A DNA stretch of 64,000 nucleotides from contig CBDCCS010000010.1 of the NCBI GenBank assembly GCA_965214935.1, positions 224,001 to 288,000 on the forward strand, given 5' to 3'. Below the pieces are notes generated by a model, which was given only the letters and a program-made list of their open reading frames with translations, ran no database searches and had not been told where the DNA came from. This document shows, one piece after another, positions 40,496-50,843 of the stretch (its first letter is position 1; the number at the start of each line of letters is the position of its first letter). Position numbers and translations under genes: made by a program. Source of the stretch: Candidatus Velthaea sp. (GTDB taxonomy: Bacteria > Vulcanimicrobiota > Vulcanimicrobiia > Vulcanimicrobiales > Vulcanimicrobiaceae).

Positions 40496-43400
40496 ACTGC
40501 ACGTACAAGCGGAACGTCGTCGGTGAACCCAGCGCGCCGTATTGCCCGACGGTCGGAACGTAAAACGCCGAGTAAGGATTCCAATTTGTCGTCACTGCCG
40601 GATAGTATCCCGGAAACGCGACGGCTTGCGGGTTTTGGCCGGTCAACGGTCCGCCGATGCCGGTCAAGACCGGATAGTAGTTGTTGCTGACCAGCGGCGT
40701 TCCGTATTGCTCGTTGTTGAAGATATTGAGCACTTGCAGGCCGAGCGTCGTGCGCGAACCTTGCGGTTGATATTCGATCGTCAGATTACCGGTGATTTGC
40801 GGGCGCGACAGTTGTCCGCCGGCCGAAGCCGATTCCTTGTTACCGCGCGTCGCTGCGATATTCGGTGCAAAGACGCTGCCGGGATTCGCCGGATCGATGT
40901 ACTGTGACGTTGCGCCCGGCGCAAATTGGTCGGTGATATTCGTGGTCGGCACGTTGACGGCTGCACCATTGATGAATGCCGGCGTGATCAAGCCGGAGCC
41001 AAAGGGATAACCGACATTGAGATTGAGGACGGGGTTGATGCGCAACCCGTTACGTGCCTTGTAGGAAACGCCGACGCGCGTCGTCAGCGGACTGATGAAA
41101 CCCGCCCGATAGATGCTGCCCAGCGCGAAGGCCGGTGCAGGGATGAGCGCATTGCCGTCTTGTGGCGTCGGATTCGCGCTGTCGGGCGGAGTGGTCGTGA
41201 ACTCGTTGACGTACGACACGCTGACGAAACCGCCGAAACCATAGCGGCGTTCCGGAAGCGTATATTGCAGATCGACGCCTGTCGTCGTGCTGCGTCCGAT
41301 ATTTAAGTAGACGAACGACCCGGTTTGAAAAACACCGGTTGTCGGATTGAACACCAGCGGCGCCGTGGTGGCATTGATGCCGTAACCTTGTTTTACATAC
41401 GGCGCTATCTTGACGGCCGAACCGTTGTGAAACTGGTGCCCGTAACTGAAATCGATATTATCGTAGACGCCCGGATGCGTCGGCACGATTTCGGGAAAAA
41501 ACGAGTCGTTCACGAAATACAACAGGTCGGCGTAATTGTTGCACGGCTTGCCGAGTTGCAGTGTCGAGCCGACCGAACCGTTGTACGATGGTTTCGATCC
41601 GGCTGTCGCACCGCGCGGAAACGGTACGTACGGGTAGCAGTTGGCGTTGCCGACCGGCACCGATGCGCCGGTCGCCGGATCGCTCGTCGGAATAAAATTC
41701 GGATTGAGCGGAACGCTGCTGAACGGTTGAAACGCTTCGCGCGAATTTGGACTCGAACAGCAGTTGTAAATGATCGAACGGCCGTAGCTCAAGCTGATAC
41801 TATCGGATCTCGAGAGCAGGTACGACGCACCGTAGCGCGGTTCGAGATAATGCGGCGTCTCGATGAACGCATAATTCGGCACGTAATAGGTAAGCGGCGA
41901 TCCGGGCACGGGTTGAATGTTTTCGTCCTGATTGAACAGCGTATTGCCGTAGCCCTGATTGATGAGGTCGTAATGCGCGCCAACGTCCAAACGTAGCCGG
42001 CTGTTAAGTTGGAATTGATCGCGAAAGCCGAGGCCGTAGCGATTGAGCAACCGCGCTTGAGCGAGATCGAGCGGCGGGACCGTCGGCGTTCCACCTTTGC
42101 TGTAGAAGAACTGTTGGAGATAACAGCCGCCGGCCACCGGACACGGATTGGTTGCACTGACCGGCGCATTGGGATCGGCGGGCCGCAAGAAGTCGACGGC
42201 ATTGGGACCGATCGCCTGCAGACCTTCGTAGGGCGACTCGAACGAAAAAACCGGACGGTCGAAGTCGAAGCTGCCCGAGAGTGTCAGTAAGTTGCGGCGG
42301 TCCAGCTGTTTGTCAAGCTCGAAGCTTCCACCGGTACGCGAACCGCCGATTTCCGATGCCTGTGAATTGATTGCAGCAATACCCTGCGACGTAGCGCCAT
42401 CGGGATAATTGTATTCGTAATTGCTGGTGTGGAAATACCGCACGGCAAGGTTCGTCGTCGAATCTAGCGCGTTATCGTACTCGACCTTCATGATGTTCGA
42501 GTTGTTATTGAAAACCGTCGGGTTGATAAGCTGTTGCGTGACCGACGTTTGCGTTTTCTCAAAGCCGAGGATGCTTTGAATTTGCGGTATCGTCAACCCA
42601 TTGGGTGCAACCGTCGCGTTGATCGTAAAGGGTTGAACGGCCGCCAGCAAGTCCGGCGCGTTCGATGGATAGTAGAGCTTGAGTCCACCAAGATTACCCT
42701 GCTCGAGATCGTAATGATTCTCGTAAAGGACCTGCAGCGATTCATTTTTGGTATGGCCGAAGCGAAACACGAAGTTGTTGATGAAGTCGTTCGTTGCACG
42801 ATAGGAACCGCCGCCCGCTAAAGCGTTGCTGCCGTAAAGCGCGTTGTTCGACGCGGCGGTCGATCCCCATGGCCCGACCTGCAAATCGTAGCGGTCGCCG
42901 ATGAATGAGACGTAATCTGAAAAGCGCCCGTCGCGGGTTGCCGCGCCGTACTCAAAATTAAACTGGTGATCGAACGGTCGTCCAACGGCTTCGAGATCGA
43001 GCGTCCCGGTAGCCGGATAGGTGCCGCGTTTGATGAGCAGATTGACGACGCCGGCGCCGGCGTTGCCCTGACTCGGGTCGCCGGCACCCGGAACGACTTG
43101 TATCGCGCGAACACCATTGGCGAAGTTCGGTGCAATGCTGTTCCCGTATTGCGGCTCGGTGAGGTCGATGCCGTCGAGCTGGTAACCGATCTGGTTTGCC
43201 TGACTTCCTTGAAGCACCAGATTGCCATACGTGTCTTGCTGAAAACCCGGTGCGGCAAGCAGCGCGGAAGAAAGATCGGGATTCGACGTTTTGCCTTGTG
43301 CCGCTTCGAGTTGCTGACCGCCGATGGTGAATTGCGGTACTGTTTGGTTCGGCGTGAACGCACTCGATACGGACCGCGCGGTGACGTTCCCGATCCGTTT

Positions 43401-43787
43401 AAGCGCGCGTTGCAAACGTACCGATCCCAGCGACGTCGTATCGCCACCCGGCACCGTTACGCCCGCTTGCGTCAATAGTGCAAAGCCCGGCACGTCGATT
43501 CCGATCGTGTACGTATCGGACAGCACACCTAGCAGATTGAAGTAACCCGCCGCGTCGGTTTTAACCGTATAGCTGCTCTGCGCGGAAAGGAGCCGCACCA
43601 TTACACCGGCAATCGGCTTGCCCGTATCGTCGAGCACGCGGCCGTTGATGTTACCGGTTTGACCGCCGACGGCAAACGCCGGTCGCGTTGAAGCAAGCAA
43701 CATAAACGCGCACAGCACCGCCGCTAACAGACCGCGGGAAATCGGCAAACCGGCGGCGATAAACGCTCGACCGTAGCAATCGAACAC
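40485..43787 (-). CDS. TonB-dependent receptor with N-terminal carboxypeptidase-regulatory-like domain
   Basis: AAGGAG SD; GNINGRVLDDTGKPIAG; plug YQLDG...GNAGAGVVN; LRLDVGAHYD; C-terminal beta-strand FRLYVQYAL. Confidence 0.88.
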   Translation of the reverse strand: MFDCYGRAFIAAGLPISRGLLAAVLCAFMLLASTRPAFAVGGQTGNINGRVLDDTGKPIAGVMVRLLSAQSSYTVKTDAAGYFNLLGVLSDTYTIGIDVPGFALLTQAGVTVPGGDTTSLGSVRLQRALKRIGNVTARSVSSAFTPNQTVPQFTIGGQQLEAAQGKTSNPDLSSALLAAPGFQQDTYGNLVLQGSQANQIGYQLDGIDLTEPQYGNSIAPNFANGVRAIQVVPGAGDPSQGNAGAGVVNLLIKRGTYPATGTLDLEAVGRPFDHQFNFEYGAATRDGRFSDYVSFIGDRYDLQVGPWGSTAASNNALYGSNALAGGGSYRATNDFINNFVFRFGHTKNESLQVLYENHYDLEQGNLGGLKLYYPSNAPDLLAAVQPFTINATVAPNGLTIPQIQSILGFEKTQTSVTQQLINPTVFNNNSNIMKVEYDNALDSTTNLAVRYFHTSNYEYNYPDGATSQGIAAINSQASEIGGSRTGGSFELDKQLDRRNLLTLSGSFDFDRPVFSFESPYEGLQAIGPNAVDFLRPADPNAPVSATNPCPVAGGCYLQQFFYSKGGTPTVPPLDLAQARLLNRYGLGFRDQFQLNSRLRLDVGAHYDLINQGYGNTLFNQDENIQPVPGSPLTYYVPNYAFIETPHYLEPRYGASYLLSRSDSISLSYGRSIIYNCCSSPNSREAFQPFSSVPLNPNFIPTSDPATGASVPVGNANCYPYVPFPRGATAGSKPSYNGSVGSTLQLGKPCNNYADLLYFVNDSFFPEIVPTHPGVYDNIDFSYGHQFHNGSAVKIAPYVKQGYGINATTAPLVFNPTTGVFQTGSFVYLNIGRSTTTGVDLQYTLPERRYGFGGFVSVSYVNEFTTTPPDSANPTPQDGNALIPAPAFALGSIYRAGFISPLTTRVGVSYKARNGLRINPVLNLNVGYPFGSGLITPAFINGAAVNVPTTNITDQFAPGATSQYIDPANPGSVFAPNIAATRGNKESASAGGQLSRPQITGNLTIEYQPQGSRTTLGLQVLNIFNNEQYGTPLVSNNYYPVLTGIGGPLTGQNPQAVAFPGYYPAVTTNWNPYSAFYVPTVGQYGALGSPTTFRLYVQYAL

Positions 43788-44249
43788 CAACAAACTCCTT
43801 TTATGGATGCGAGGAACACGATGCGCGATTGCGTGACGAGCGATCGACAAACCCTCGCTGCATGCCTGAACGGGTGCAGCAGCGTCGTGCGCCGTCACGC
43901 TCGAACAAACCAATCGTAGTCAAGCGCGCTTGCCGCGCGCCGAAGCCTTGAAATCTCGGCTTAGGTCAAGTGCAGCAATGGCTCAAGCAACGTGCGCGCT
44001 GTGCGCGCAACCGGTCGAGCGTTGCATTCGATCGCTCTTCCTTGGTGCACGACGCAAGCGTGGCGTCAGCGGCGAGCCGATGCAATCGTGCATGCACCGC
44101 TGCATGACGAACGAGTGCGTCAATAAATGTATCCGCTCACGAACGATCGCCATTGACGACTACGCTAAGCGAAGCAAATTATCACTGTCTATGGCCAGCT
44201 GGCTAATCAAGTTCGCGCAGTTTCGCAAGCACGGCGTACGACGGCACGT

Positions 44250-45461
44250 TCAAGCAACGGTGCCGGCCGCGGCAAATGCAATTGCGCCGGCTTGCACGAC
44301 GAGCCGCACGTTGCGCAAAGCCGAGATGTCGTCGAGCGGATCGCCCGTCACGGCAACGAGATCGGCTCGCATTCCGGGCGCAATCGTACCGCTGTCGGGC
44401 AGGTCGCCGACGCGCGCCGCAATCGCCGTTGCGCTTTCGAGCGCCTCGCGCGGCGTGCGCCCGTAACGAACCAACGCCTCAAGTTCACGCACGTTATCAC
44501 CGTGGGCGAAAACACCGACGTCGCTGCCGTTCGCAATCGTTACGCCGGCGTCGACGGCGGCTTGAAACGAAGCGCGCTTCGCTTGCAGATCCATGCTGCC
44601 CAAGCCGTACGCGCTGACTGCTTCATGTGCCGAAATCGTCGGACACAACGCGACTCCACGTTCGGCCATCAGTGCGAAGACCGCCGGCGTCCCGGCATCG
44701 CCGTGTTCGATCGTGCGAACTCCCGCGAGTGCGGCGCGCCGCATGCCTTCGGCGCTCGCACAGTGAGCCGCGACATGGCGGCCGGATGACTCCGCGATCG
44801 CAACGACGAGTTCCAGCTCGGCCGGCGTGAAGGTCGGATACGCTTCGCCGCGCGGTCCCCAGCGTGTATCGGCATAGATCTTGATCCAATCGGCGCCATG
44901 TCCGATTTGGTCCCGCACGACACGCGACAACGTATCGACGCCGTCGGCTTCCTCGGCACCAAGCATCGGACACGCGCACTCGGGAGCGAAGCCTTTCGGC
45001 CCGTAGGAACCGGTTGCGACGATTGCTTTTGTCGTTACGCGCAAGCGCGGGCCGGGGATGATGGCTTGCTCGACGGCCGCACGGAGACCGACGTCGGCAA
45101 AACCCGCACCTTCGGTGCCGAGGTCGCGCAGCGTGGTGAAACCGGCAACCAGGGTTGCTCGCAACGCAGTTGTCGCGCGCGCGATGCGCAAGCCAAGCGG
45201 CTCGTGCAACACTTGGTCGTTCCAGGCGACGCGATCGTACGGCGTCAAGAGCACGTGCGAGTGCAGATCGATCAGGCCCGGCACGAGTGTCGATCCGGAC
45301 AGTTCGACGCTGCGAGCATCGGCGCACGGCGGCAACGTTGCGGCCGGTCCGAGAGCGGCGATCAGCTCTCCGTCGACGAGCACCCACCAGCCGCGTTGCG
45401 CATCGCCATGCCCGGTGAACACTGCATCGGGCTTAAGCAACAGCCGCACCGCTGCGTTCAT
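44250..45461 (-). CDS. Amidohydrolase family (Xaa-Pro dipeptidase-like)
   Basis: PGLIDLHSH, GADWIKIY, VAAH, IEHG, GSD; ATGA overlap. Confidence 0.92.
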   Translation of the reverse strand: MNAAVRLLLKPDAVFTGHGDAQRGWWVLVDGELIAALGPAATLPPCADARSVELSGSTLVPGLIDLHSHVLLTPYDRVAWNDQVLHEPLGLRIARATTALRATLVAGFTTLRDLGTEGAGFADVGLRAAVEQAIIPGPRLRVTTKAIVATGSYGPKGFAPECACPMLGAEEADGVDTLSRVVRDQIGHGADWIKIYADTRWGPRGEAYPTFTPAELELVVAIAESSGRHVAAHCASAEGMRRAALAGVRTIEHGDAGTPAVFALMAERGVALCPTISAHEAVSAYGLGSMDLQAKRASFQAAVDAGVTIANGSDVGVFAHGDNVRELEALVRYGRTPREALESATAIAARVGDLPDSGTIAPGMRADLVAVTGDPLDDISALRNVRLVVQAGAIAFAAAGTVA

Positions 45462-47068
45462 TTCCATTGCCACGTGTAAACATTCCAAAGGTCGGAGTTG
45501 ACGGTCTCCGGTTTTACGCCGCGCAAATCGCCGCTCCACGCATAGAGAAACCGTTCCCAAAGCACCGGTATCATCGGCGCCTGCTGCGTCAAGCGGTCCT
45601 GCATTTTTGCCACGATGCGCCGCCGGAGCGCGACGTTGTCGGCGGCGCGCGACTCGCTCAGCCAACGATCGACGTCCGGATCGCTAAAGCGCGAATAATT
45701 CGATCCACGCGGCGGCAAGGCGGTGGTTGCAATGTTATCGGCAATGTCGGGCCGTGCAAGTTCACCATAGTTCACGAAGGCCAGTGCAAAATTGCCGCTT
45801 TGCAGAATCCCGCCCGGCGCGAAGATAACCGTTGATTGCACCGGCCGTAATTCAACGTTCCCGCCGATCGCGCGCCATGTCGCCTGCAAGGCGATCGCGG
45901 CGTTGACCAGCACGGTCTGCCCAGCAACGGTCGTGAGCGCAAAGGAAAGCGGAACGCCGCTTTTGCTGCGCATACCGTCACGGCCGGCGTGCCAGCCGGC
46001 GGCATCGAGTAAACGGCGCGCTGCAGCGAGATCATTTTGGGTGCCGGTCGGCGGGGAATAGAATCGCGACCACGGCGGAACGAAAGCGTCGGCGACGACC
46101 GCGGCGCCGTGATAGGTATTGTCCGCTAACGACCGCCGGTCGATCGCTAGTCCGAATGCGCGCCGGACTCGGACATCATCGAATGGTGCGGCGTGTATGT
46201 TTGCAACGACGTAATCGAGGTAGTACGCCGGAACCAGCCGCACCGTCAACGCGGACGAGTTAACGAATGCCGAACGTTGGGTGAGCGGCAGGCTCTGTAC
46301 GAAGTCGAGTTCGCCCGTACGCTTTTGCAACGCCAAGGTGTTCTGATCGGGAACGAAGGCGATATGGATGTGGTCGATATGCGGCGCGCCGCGAAAATAC
46401 GCCGGATTGGCGCGCAGCTCGAGGCCGTAACCGCGGTCCCAACGCTCGACGCGATATGGTCCCGTGCCGATCGGCATGCCGCCGAACGGTGCCGAACGCA
46501 GATCGGTGACGTTGCGCAGCAGATGCTCGGGAATAATCATGCCGAACTCGCCGTTAACGAACAGCTGCCACGTCGCGTCCGCCGACGCCGCATGCAGCGT
46601 AATGACGACGGTGTAAGGATCGGGCGCGCGCAGATCTTTGATAATTGAGAACCAGCTGCCGAGCGCGAAGGGAACGCGCGGATCGCGGATTTTCTCGAAC
46701 GTAAAGACGACGTCTCGCGCGCTGAACGGGACGCCGTCTTGCCACCGAACGTTGTGCCGTAAGTGATACGTTAGCGTCTTACCGTCCGCGCTTATGCCGC
46801 CGTTGGCTTTCGTCGGAACCACCTGCGCTAGATCCGGCTGCAGATCACCGTGGTCGTCTACGACGGTCAACCCGCTAAATAGTGCTTCTTCAATGTAGTT
46901 CTCGATGTACTGCGTCGACACGATCGGATCGAGCGTATTGGGTGCGACCGGCAAGCCGATGCGCAGTTCACGCTGCGGCCCGATGCCCGTCAACAGCAGT
47001 GCAGCAACAACGAGCACGTACCGAAGCGCGCTTACAAAACGAAAGAACACCGGGCAAATATTCGTCAA
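45458..47068 (-). CDS. Family 5 (peptide-type) ABC substrate-binding protein
   Basis: [23 protein letters not shown]; start uncertain (TTG overlapping the icd stop assumed). Confidence 0.88.
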   Translation of the reverse strand: MTNICPVFFRFVSALRYVLVVAALLLTGIGPQRELRIGLPVAPNTLDPIVSTQYIENYIEEALFSGLTVVDDHGDLQPDLAQVVPTKANGGISADGKTLTYHLRHNVRWQDGVPFSARDVVFTFEKIRDPRVPFALGSWFSIIKDLRAPDPYTVVITLHAASADATWQLFVNGEFGMIIPEHLLRNVTDLRSAPFGGMPIGTGPYRVERWDRGYGLELRANPAYFRGAPHIDHIHIAFVPDQNTLALQKRTGELDFVQSLPLTQRSAFVNSSALTVRLVPAYYLDYVVANIHAAPFDDVRVRRAFGLAIDRRSLADNTYHGAAVVADAFVPPWSRFYSPPTGTQNDLAAARRLLDAAGWHAGRDGMRSKSGVPLSFALTTVAGQTVLVNAAIALQATWRAIGGNVELRPVQSTVIFAPGGILQSGNFALAFVNYGELARPDIADNIATTALPPRGSNYSRFSDPDVDRWLSESRAADNVALRRRIVAKMQDRLTQQAPMIPVLWERFLYAWSGDLRGVKPETVNSDLWNVYTWQWK

Positions 47069-48297
47069 CCGGCCGAAACGACCGTCCGCATACGGCGTGC
47101 GAGTTGCGTGTCGAGCGCATCGAGGAACGCCTGCGTGTCGAGATACGGCTGATCGTGACCGACGAGCAGCGCAAGATCTTTGGTCATTACACCGCTTTCG
47201 ACCGTATCGACACAAACGCGTTCGAGCGTTTGAGCGAAGGTGACGACGTCGGGTGTGTCGTCGACCTTGCCGCGATGTTCCAAACCGCGCGTCCAAGCGA
47301 AGATCGACGCGATTGGATTGGTCGACGTGGCGCGGCCTTTACAATGTTCGCGATAATGACGGGTGACCGTCCCATGAGCCGCTTCGGCTTCGATAGTCGC
47401 TCCATCCGGCGTCATGAGCACCGACGACATGAGCCCGAGCGAGCCGAAGCCTTGTGCGACGGTGTCGGACTGCACGTCGCCATCGTAATTTTTGCAGGCC
47501 CAGACGAAATTGCCCGACCACTTGAGCGCCGCTGCGACCATATCGTCGATCAGCCGATGTTCGTACGTGAGGCCGGCAGCGCCGAACCGCGCTTGGAATT
47601 CGCTTGCATAGATCTCAGCGAAGATGTCTTTGAAGCGCCCGTCGTAGGCTTTGAGAATCGTATTTTTCGTTGATAGATAGACCGGCCACTTCCGCAGCAA
47701 GCCGTAGTTAAGACAAGCGCGTGCAAAGCCGCGAATCGATTCATCGACGTTATACATCGAAAGCGCGACACCCGGACTCGTGAAGCTGAACACATCGCGC
47801 GCGATCGGCGCTCCGCCATCCTCCGGCGTGAACGTCAGCACGAGCTTTCCGGCACCCGGCACGATGAAGTCGGTCGCCCGGTACTGGTCGCCGAACGCGT
47901 GCCGGCCGATGACGATCGGATCGGTCCAGCCCGGTACCAACTTTGGAATGTTCCGACAAATGATCGGTTCGCGAAAAACCGTTCCGTCGAGTTCGTTACG
48001 AATCGTGCCGTTGGGCGAGCGCCACATCTGTTTAAGTCCAAACTCCTTGACCCGGTCCTCATCCGGAGTGATCGTCGCACATTTCACGCCGACTCCGAAC
48101 TCTTTGATCGCGCGCGCCGCATCGAGTGTTACGCGATCGTTTGTCGCGTCGCGATGTTCGATACCGAGATCGTAATAGCGCAAATCGATCGCCAGGTACG
48201 GCAAAATAAGCTTTGCTTTAATGAATTGCCAAATGATCCGGGTCATCTCATCGCCGTCGACCTCGACGACCGGATTTTTTACGCTAATCTTCGACAA
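47065..48297 (-). CDS. icd: NADP-dependent isocitrate dehydrogenase (eukaryote-like homodimeric type)
   Basis: [47 protein letters not shown]. Confidence 0.97.
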   Translation of the reverse strand: MSKISVKNPVVEVDGDEMTRIIWQFIKAKLILPYLAIDLRYYDLGIEHRDATNDRVTLDAARAIKEFGVGVKCATITPDEDRVKEFGLKQMWRSPNGTIRNELDGTVFREPIICRNIPKLVPGWTDPIVIGRHAFGDQYRATDFIVPGAGKLVLTFTPEDGGAPIARDVFSFTSPGVALSMYNVDESIRGFARACLNYGLLRKWPVYLSTKNTILKAYDGRFKDIFAEIYASEFQARFGAAGLTYEHRLIDDMVAAALKWSGNFVWACKNYDGDVQSDTVAQGFGSLGLMSSVLMTPDGATIEAEAAHGTVTRHYREHCKGRATSTNPIASIFAWTRGLEHRGKVDDTPDVVTFAQTLERVCVDTVESGVMTKDLALLVGHDQPYLDTQAFLDALDTQLARRMRTVVSAG

Positions 48298-48420
48298 GCC
48301 GATTCGTCTTTCGTCAAGCTCCGAGGTGCACGTCCGCGCTTTGAAGACGCTTGGAAAAGGCCTGCTGCAAAGCGCCGGGCCAAACGGGAAATGCGCCTGC
48401 CGTGCAACAACGTCGGACCG

Positions 48421-49374
48421 ATGCGCATCGTGAGCTTGCTGCCTAGCGTAACGGAGATCCTATTTGCCGTCGGTGCGGGCGATCGTGTCGTCGGCGTAAC
48501 GCACGAATGCGATTTTCCGCTTGCGGCACGATCTCTTCCGGTACTTACCGCATCGCTGTTGCCGCCCGCTTTGCACGAACCGGCTGCCGGCGACGCCGCG
48601 AACGGACGCGCAGCCCAAATCGATCGGCACGTTCGCGCGAGCGTTCACAGCGGTTCGAGTCTCTACGCGCTCGACGCTCCGCTTTTGGCGCAACTCGCGC
48701 CGGACCTTATCATCACCCAAGAACTCTGTAAGGTGTGCGCCGTTTCGTACGACAGCGTTGCGCGTGCAGTGAAGCAGATGCGCGTTGCCGCCGGTAGTCC
48801 GGCGGTACTATCGCTCGAACCGTCGTCGCTCGAAGATGTCTATGCAACGATCCTAAGCGTCGGCACCTACAGCGATGCCGAGGCCGGTGCTCAGGCGCTC
48901 GTAACGGAGCTGCGTCGTCGCGAGGATCGCTTACGCCGGCGACCGGTTTCCGAACGCTGCCGCGTGCTCGTGCTCGAGTGGACCGACCCGCCGATGAGCG
49001 GCGGCCACTGGACGCCGGAACTCGTCGAACTTGGCGGCGGTAGGCCCGTGTTGGCGAATCCGCTTAAGAACTCGGTGCGCATCGAATGGACGGCTATCGT
49101 TGCCGCCGATCCGGACGTCGTTATTGTTGCGCCGTGCGGCTACGATCTAGCAGCCGCACGCCAAGCCGTCCGAGAGCTCGACGTCAATCCGATTTGGCGC
49201 ACGCTCCGTGCGGTACGGACGAATCGCGCATTCGCCATGGACGGCAATGCGTACGTCAATCGGCCCGGTCCACGCCTGTTAGACACAGCGGAAATCTTTG
49301 CTGCCGCGATCGGCGGAACGCCGCTACCGGCCGGCGCGATCGAGGCGCTTAGTTTGCGTTCGATCCCGCATTAA
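48421..49374 (+). CDS. BtuF-like cobalamin/iron-chelate binding protein
   Basis: [27 protein letters not shown]; near cob genes. Confidence 0.85.
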   Translation: MRIVSLLPSVTEILFAVGAGDRVVGVTHECDFPLAARSLPVLTASLLPPALHEPAAGDAANGRAAQIDRHVRASVHSGSSLYALDAPLLAQLAPDLIITQELCKVCAVSYDSVARAVKQMRVAAGSPAVLSLEPSSLEDVYATILSVGTYSDAEAGAQALVTELRRREDRLRRRPVSERCRVLVLEWTDPPMSGGHWTPELVELGGGRPVLANPLKNSVRIEWTAIVAADPDVVIVAPCGYDLAAARQAVRELDVNPIWRTLRAVRTNRAFAMDGNAYVNRPGPRLLDTAEIFAAAIGGTPLPAGAIEALSLRSIPH

Positions 49375-49897
49375 AGCGTTGCATCGACTCGTTGATGATC
49401 CGGCGCGCGTCGGCAGCATCGCTCCACGGACCGGTTTGCGTTTCTTTCCCTTCCAGTGCTTTATACGTCTCGAAGAAATGCGAGATCTTGCGCAGCTGGT
49501 GCGAAAAAATTTGCGTGTAATTATGGATGTCGGCGAAGTCGGGCTCACCGACCGGTACGGCGAGAACTTTGTCGTCTTCTTTTCCGCCGTCGACCATTTT
49601 AAGTAAGCCGATCGGACGTGCCGTAACTAAACATCCGCTAAAGGTCGCTTCCGAAACGAGGATGAGGACGTCGAGCGGATCGTCATCCAGTGCGAGCGTT
49701 CGCGGAACGAAGCCGTAGTCACCCGGATAAAAGATCGCCGAATGCAGCGCCCGGTCGAGCGTGAAGATGTCGAGCGCTTTATCATATTCATATTTATTAC
49801 GAGAACCGGACGGAATTTCTACGATCACATTGATTTCGTCCGGCGCACGGTCGCCGACCGGCAGTAAAAGGCGATTCTGTCGCACATCGAGAGTCAC
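49349..49897 (-). CDS. ppa: Family I inorganic pyrophosphatase
   Basis: KYEYD, YPGDYG, DDDPLDV, DDKVL. Confidence 0.96.
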   Translation of the reverse strand: MTLDVRQNRLLLPVGDRAPDEINVIVEIPSGSRNKYEYDKALDIFTLDRALHSAIFYPGDYGFVPRTLALDDDPLDVLILVSEATFSGCLVTARPIGLLKMVDGGKEDDKVLAVPVGEPDFADIHNYTQIFSHQLRKISHFFETYKALEGKETQTGPWSDAADARRIINESMQRFNAGSNAN

Positions 49898-50129
49898 ACC
49901 GCCCGCCTTCCGCGTATCGAAGCGATGCCCTTGCGCTTAACCGGACATATCGTGCCGCGCAACAAAATTCCAAGCACGAAACTTACGTGCGGCACAATCA
50001 TCAATGCGATCGCACGCAAGTTAACGCGTTCGCCGTTGCACTCTCGCTGCGCCGGTGTATTACGCGGACGATACCTCACAGGTGGTCGACGGAGGCCCGG
50101 GTCGAAATCAAACAAATTAATTACTCTAA

Positions 50130-50843
50130 TTAGGGTGACGTAAAACGTAGACCGGCGAGGATGGCAGCTTCCGTACAAGCGATGAGAAAGCCGTACACGT
50201 CGCCGTTGAGCCGTCCGCCGAGTCGCGGTGCAATGGCGAACGCCGCTCCGAACGTACCGGCGCCCAACGCGATGAGCCAGGCTGCATGTCCCCAGTAACT
50301 CCAGCCGAGCGCAATGGTGAGCACCGCCATAACGGCGTGAGCGAGCGCCGGCGGCCGCTCGCGACGCGGCCCATACGGAAACACCCGAGCGACCGAAACG
50401 GCTGCCCAGCGCGCAGTGGCCGCAGCAAACGCCAAGGCGAGCGGCAAGCGCACCGGGTCGATGCACCACAAGGCTGCGAGCCAAATCGTGCACAGAACCG
50501 CAAAGTATGCGACGGCGAACGTGCCGTGGCGCGGGTCGTCCATGATTGCAAGCCGGCGCTCCGGTACGACGCTGGCAAAGACGGCGTCACACGAATCGAG
50601 AAAACCGTCGATGTGGATGGCGCCCGTCAGGACGATCGAAAGCGCGAAAGCCGTCGCGACGACAAAGACATGCGGTGCAACGAGCGACATGGCCCACCCG
50701 CCCGTTCCGGCAAGGCCGCCGGTGACGGCGCCCACCAGCGGCAAATACACGAAGGTTCTTGCTTGCGGCGACGCCGTGCCGCTTCCGACAGGCAAGATTG
50801 AGAAGTTTGAAAATGCGGCGCGAATGGCGACGATCGCCGCTAC
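50130..50843 (-). CDS. cobS: Adenosylcobinamide-GDP ribazoletransferase
   Basis: TGAIHIDGFLDSCD, IMDDPRHGTF, NGDVYG; start non-canonical or uncertain (see findings). Confidence 0.88.
   Translation of the reverse strand, partial: VAAIVAIRAAFSNFSILPVGSGTASPQARTFVYLPLVGAVTGGLAGTGGWAMSLVAPHVFVVATAFALSIVLTGAIHIDGFLDSCDAVFASVVPERRLAIMDDPRHGTFAVAYFAVLCTIWLAALWCIDPVRLPLALAFAAATARWAAVSVARVFPYGPRRERPPALAHAVMAVLTIALGWSYWGHAAWLIALGAGTFGAAFAIAPRLGGRLNGDVYGFLIACTEAAILAGLRFTSP

Noticed and set aside
43930..44466. 178-aa plus-strand ORF upstream of the TBDR
   Set aside because: No recognisable motif or SD, and it overlaps the amidohydrolase antisense; more likely regulatory DNA
49349..49374. 26-bp convergent overlap of the btuF-like gene and ppa
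   Set aside because: Short tail-to-tail overlaps are common in compact genomes
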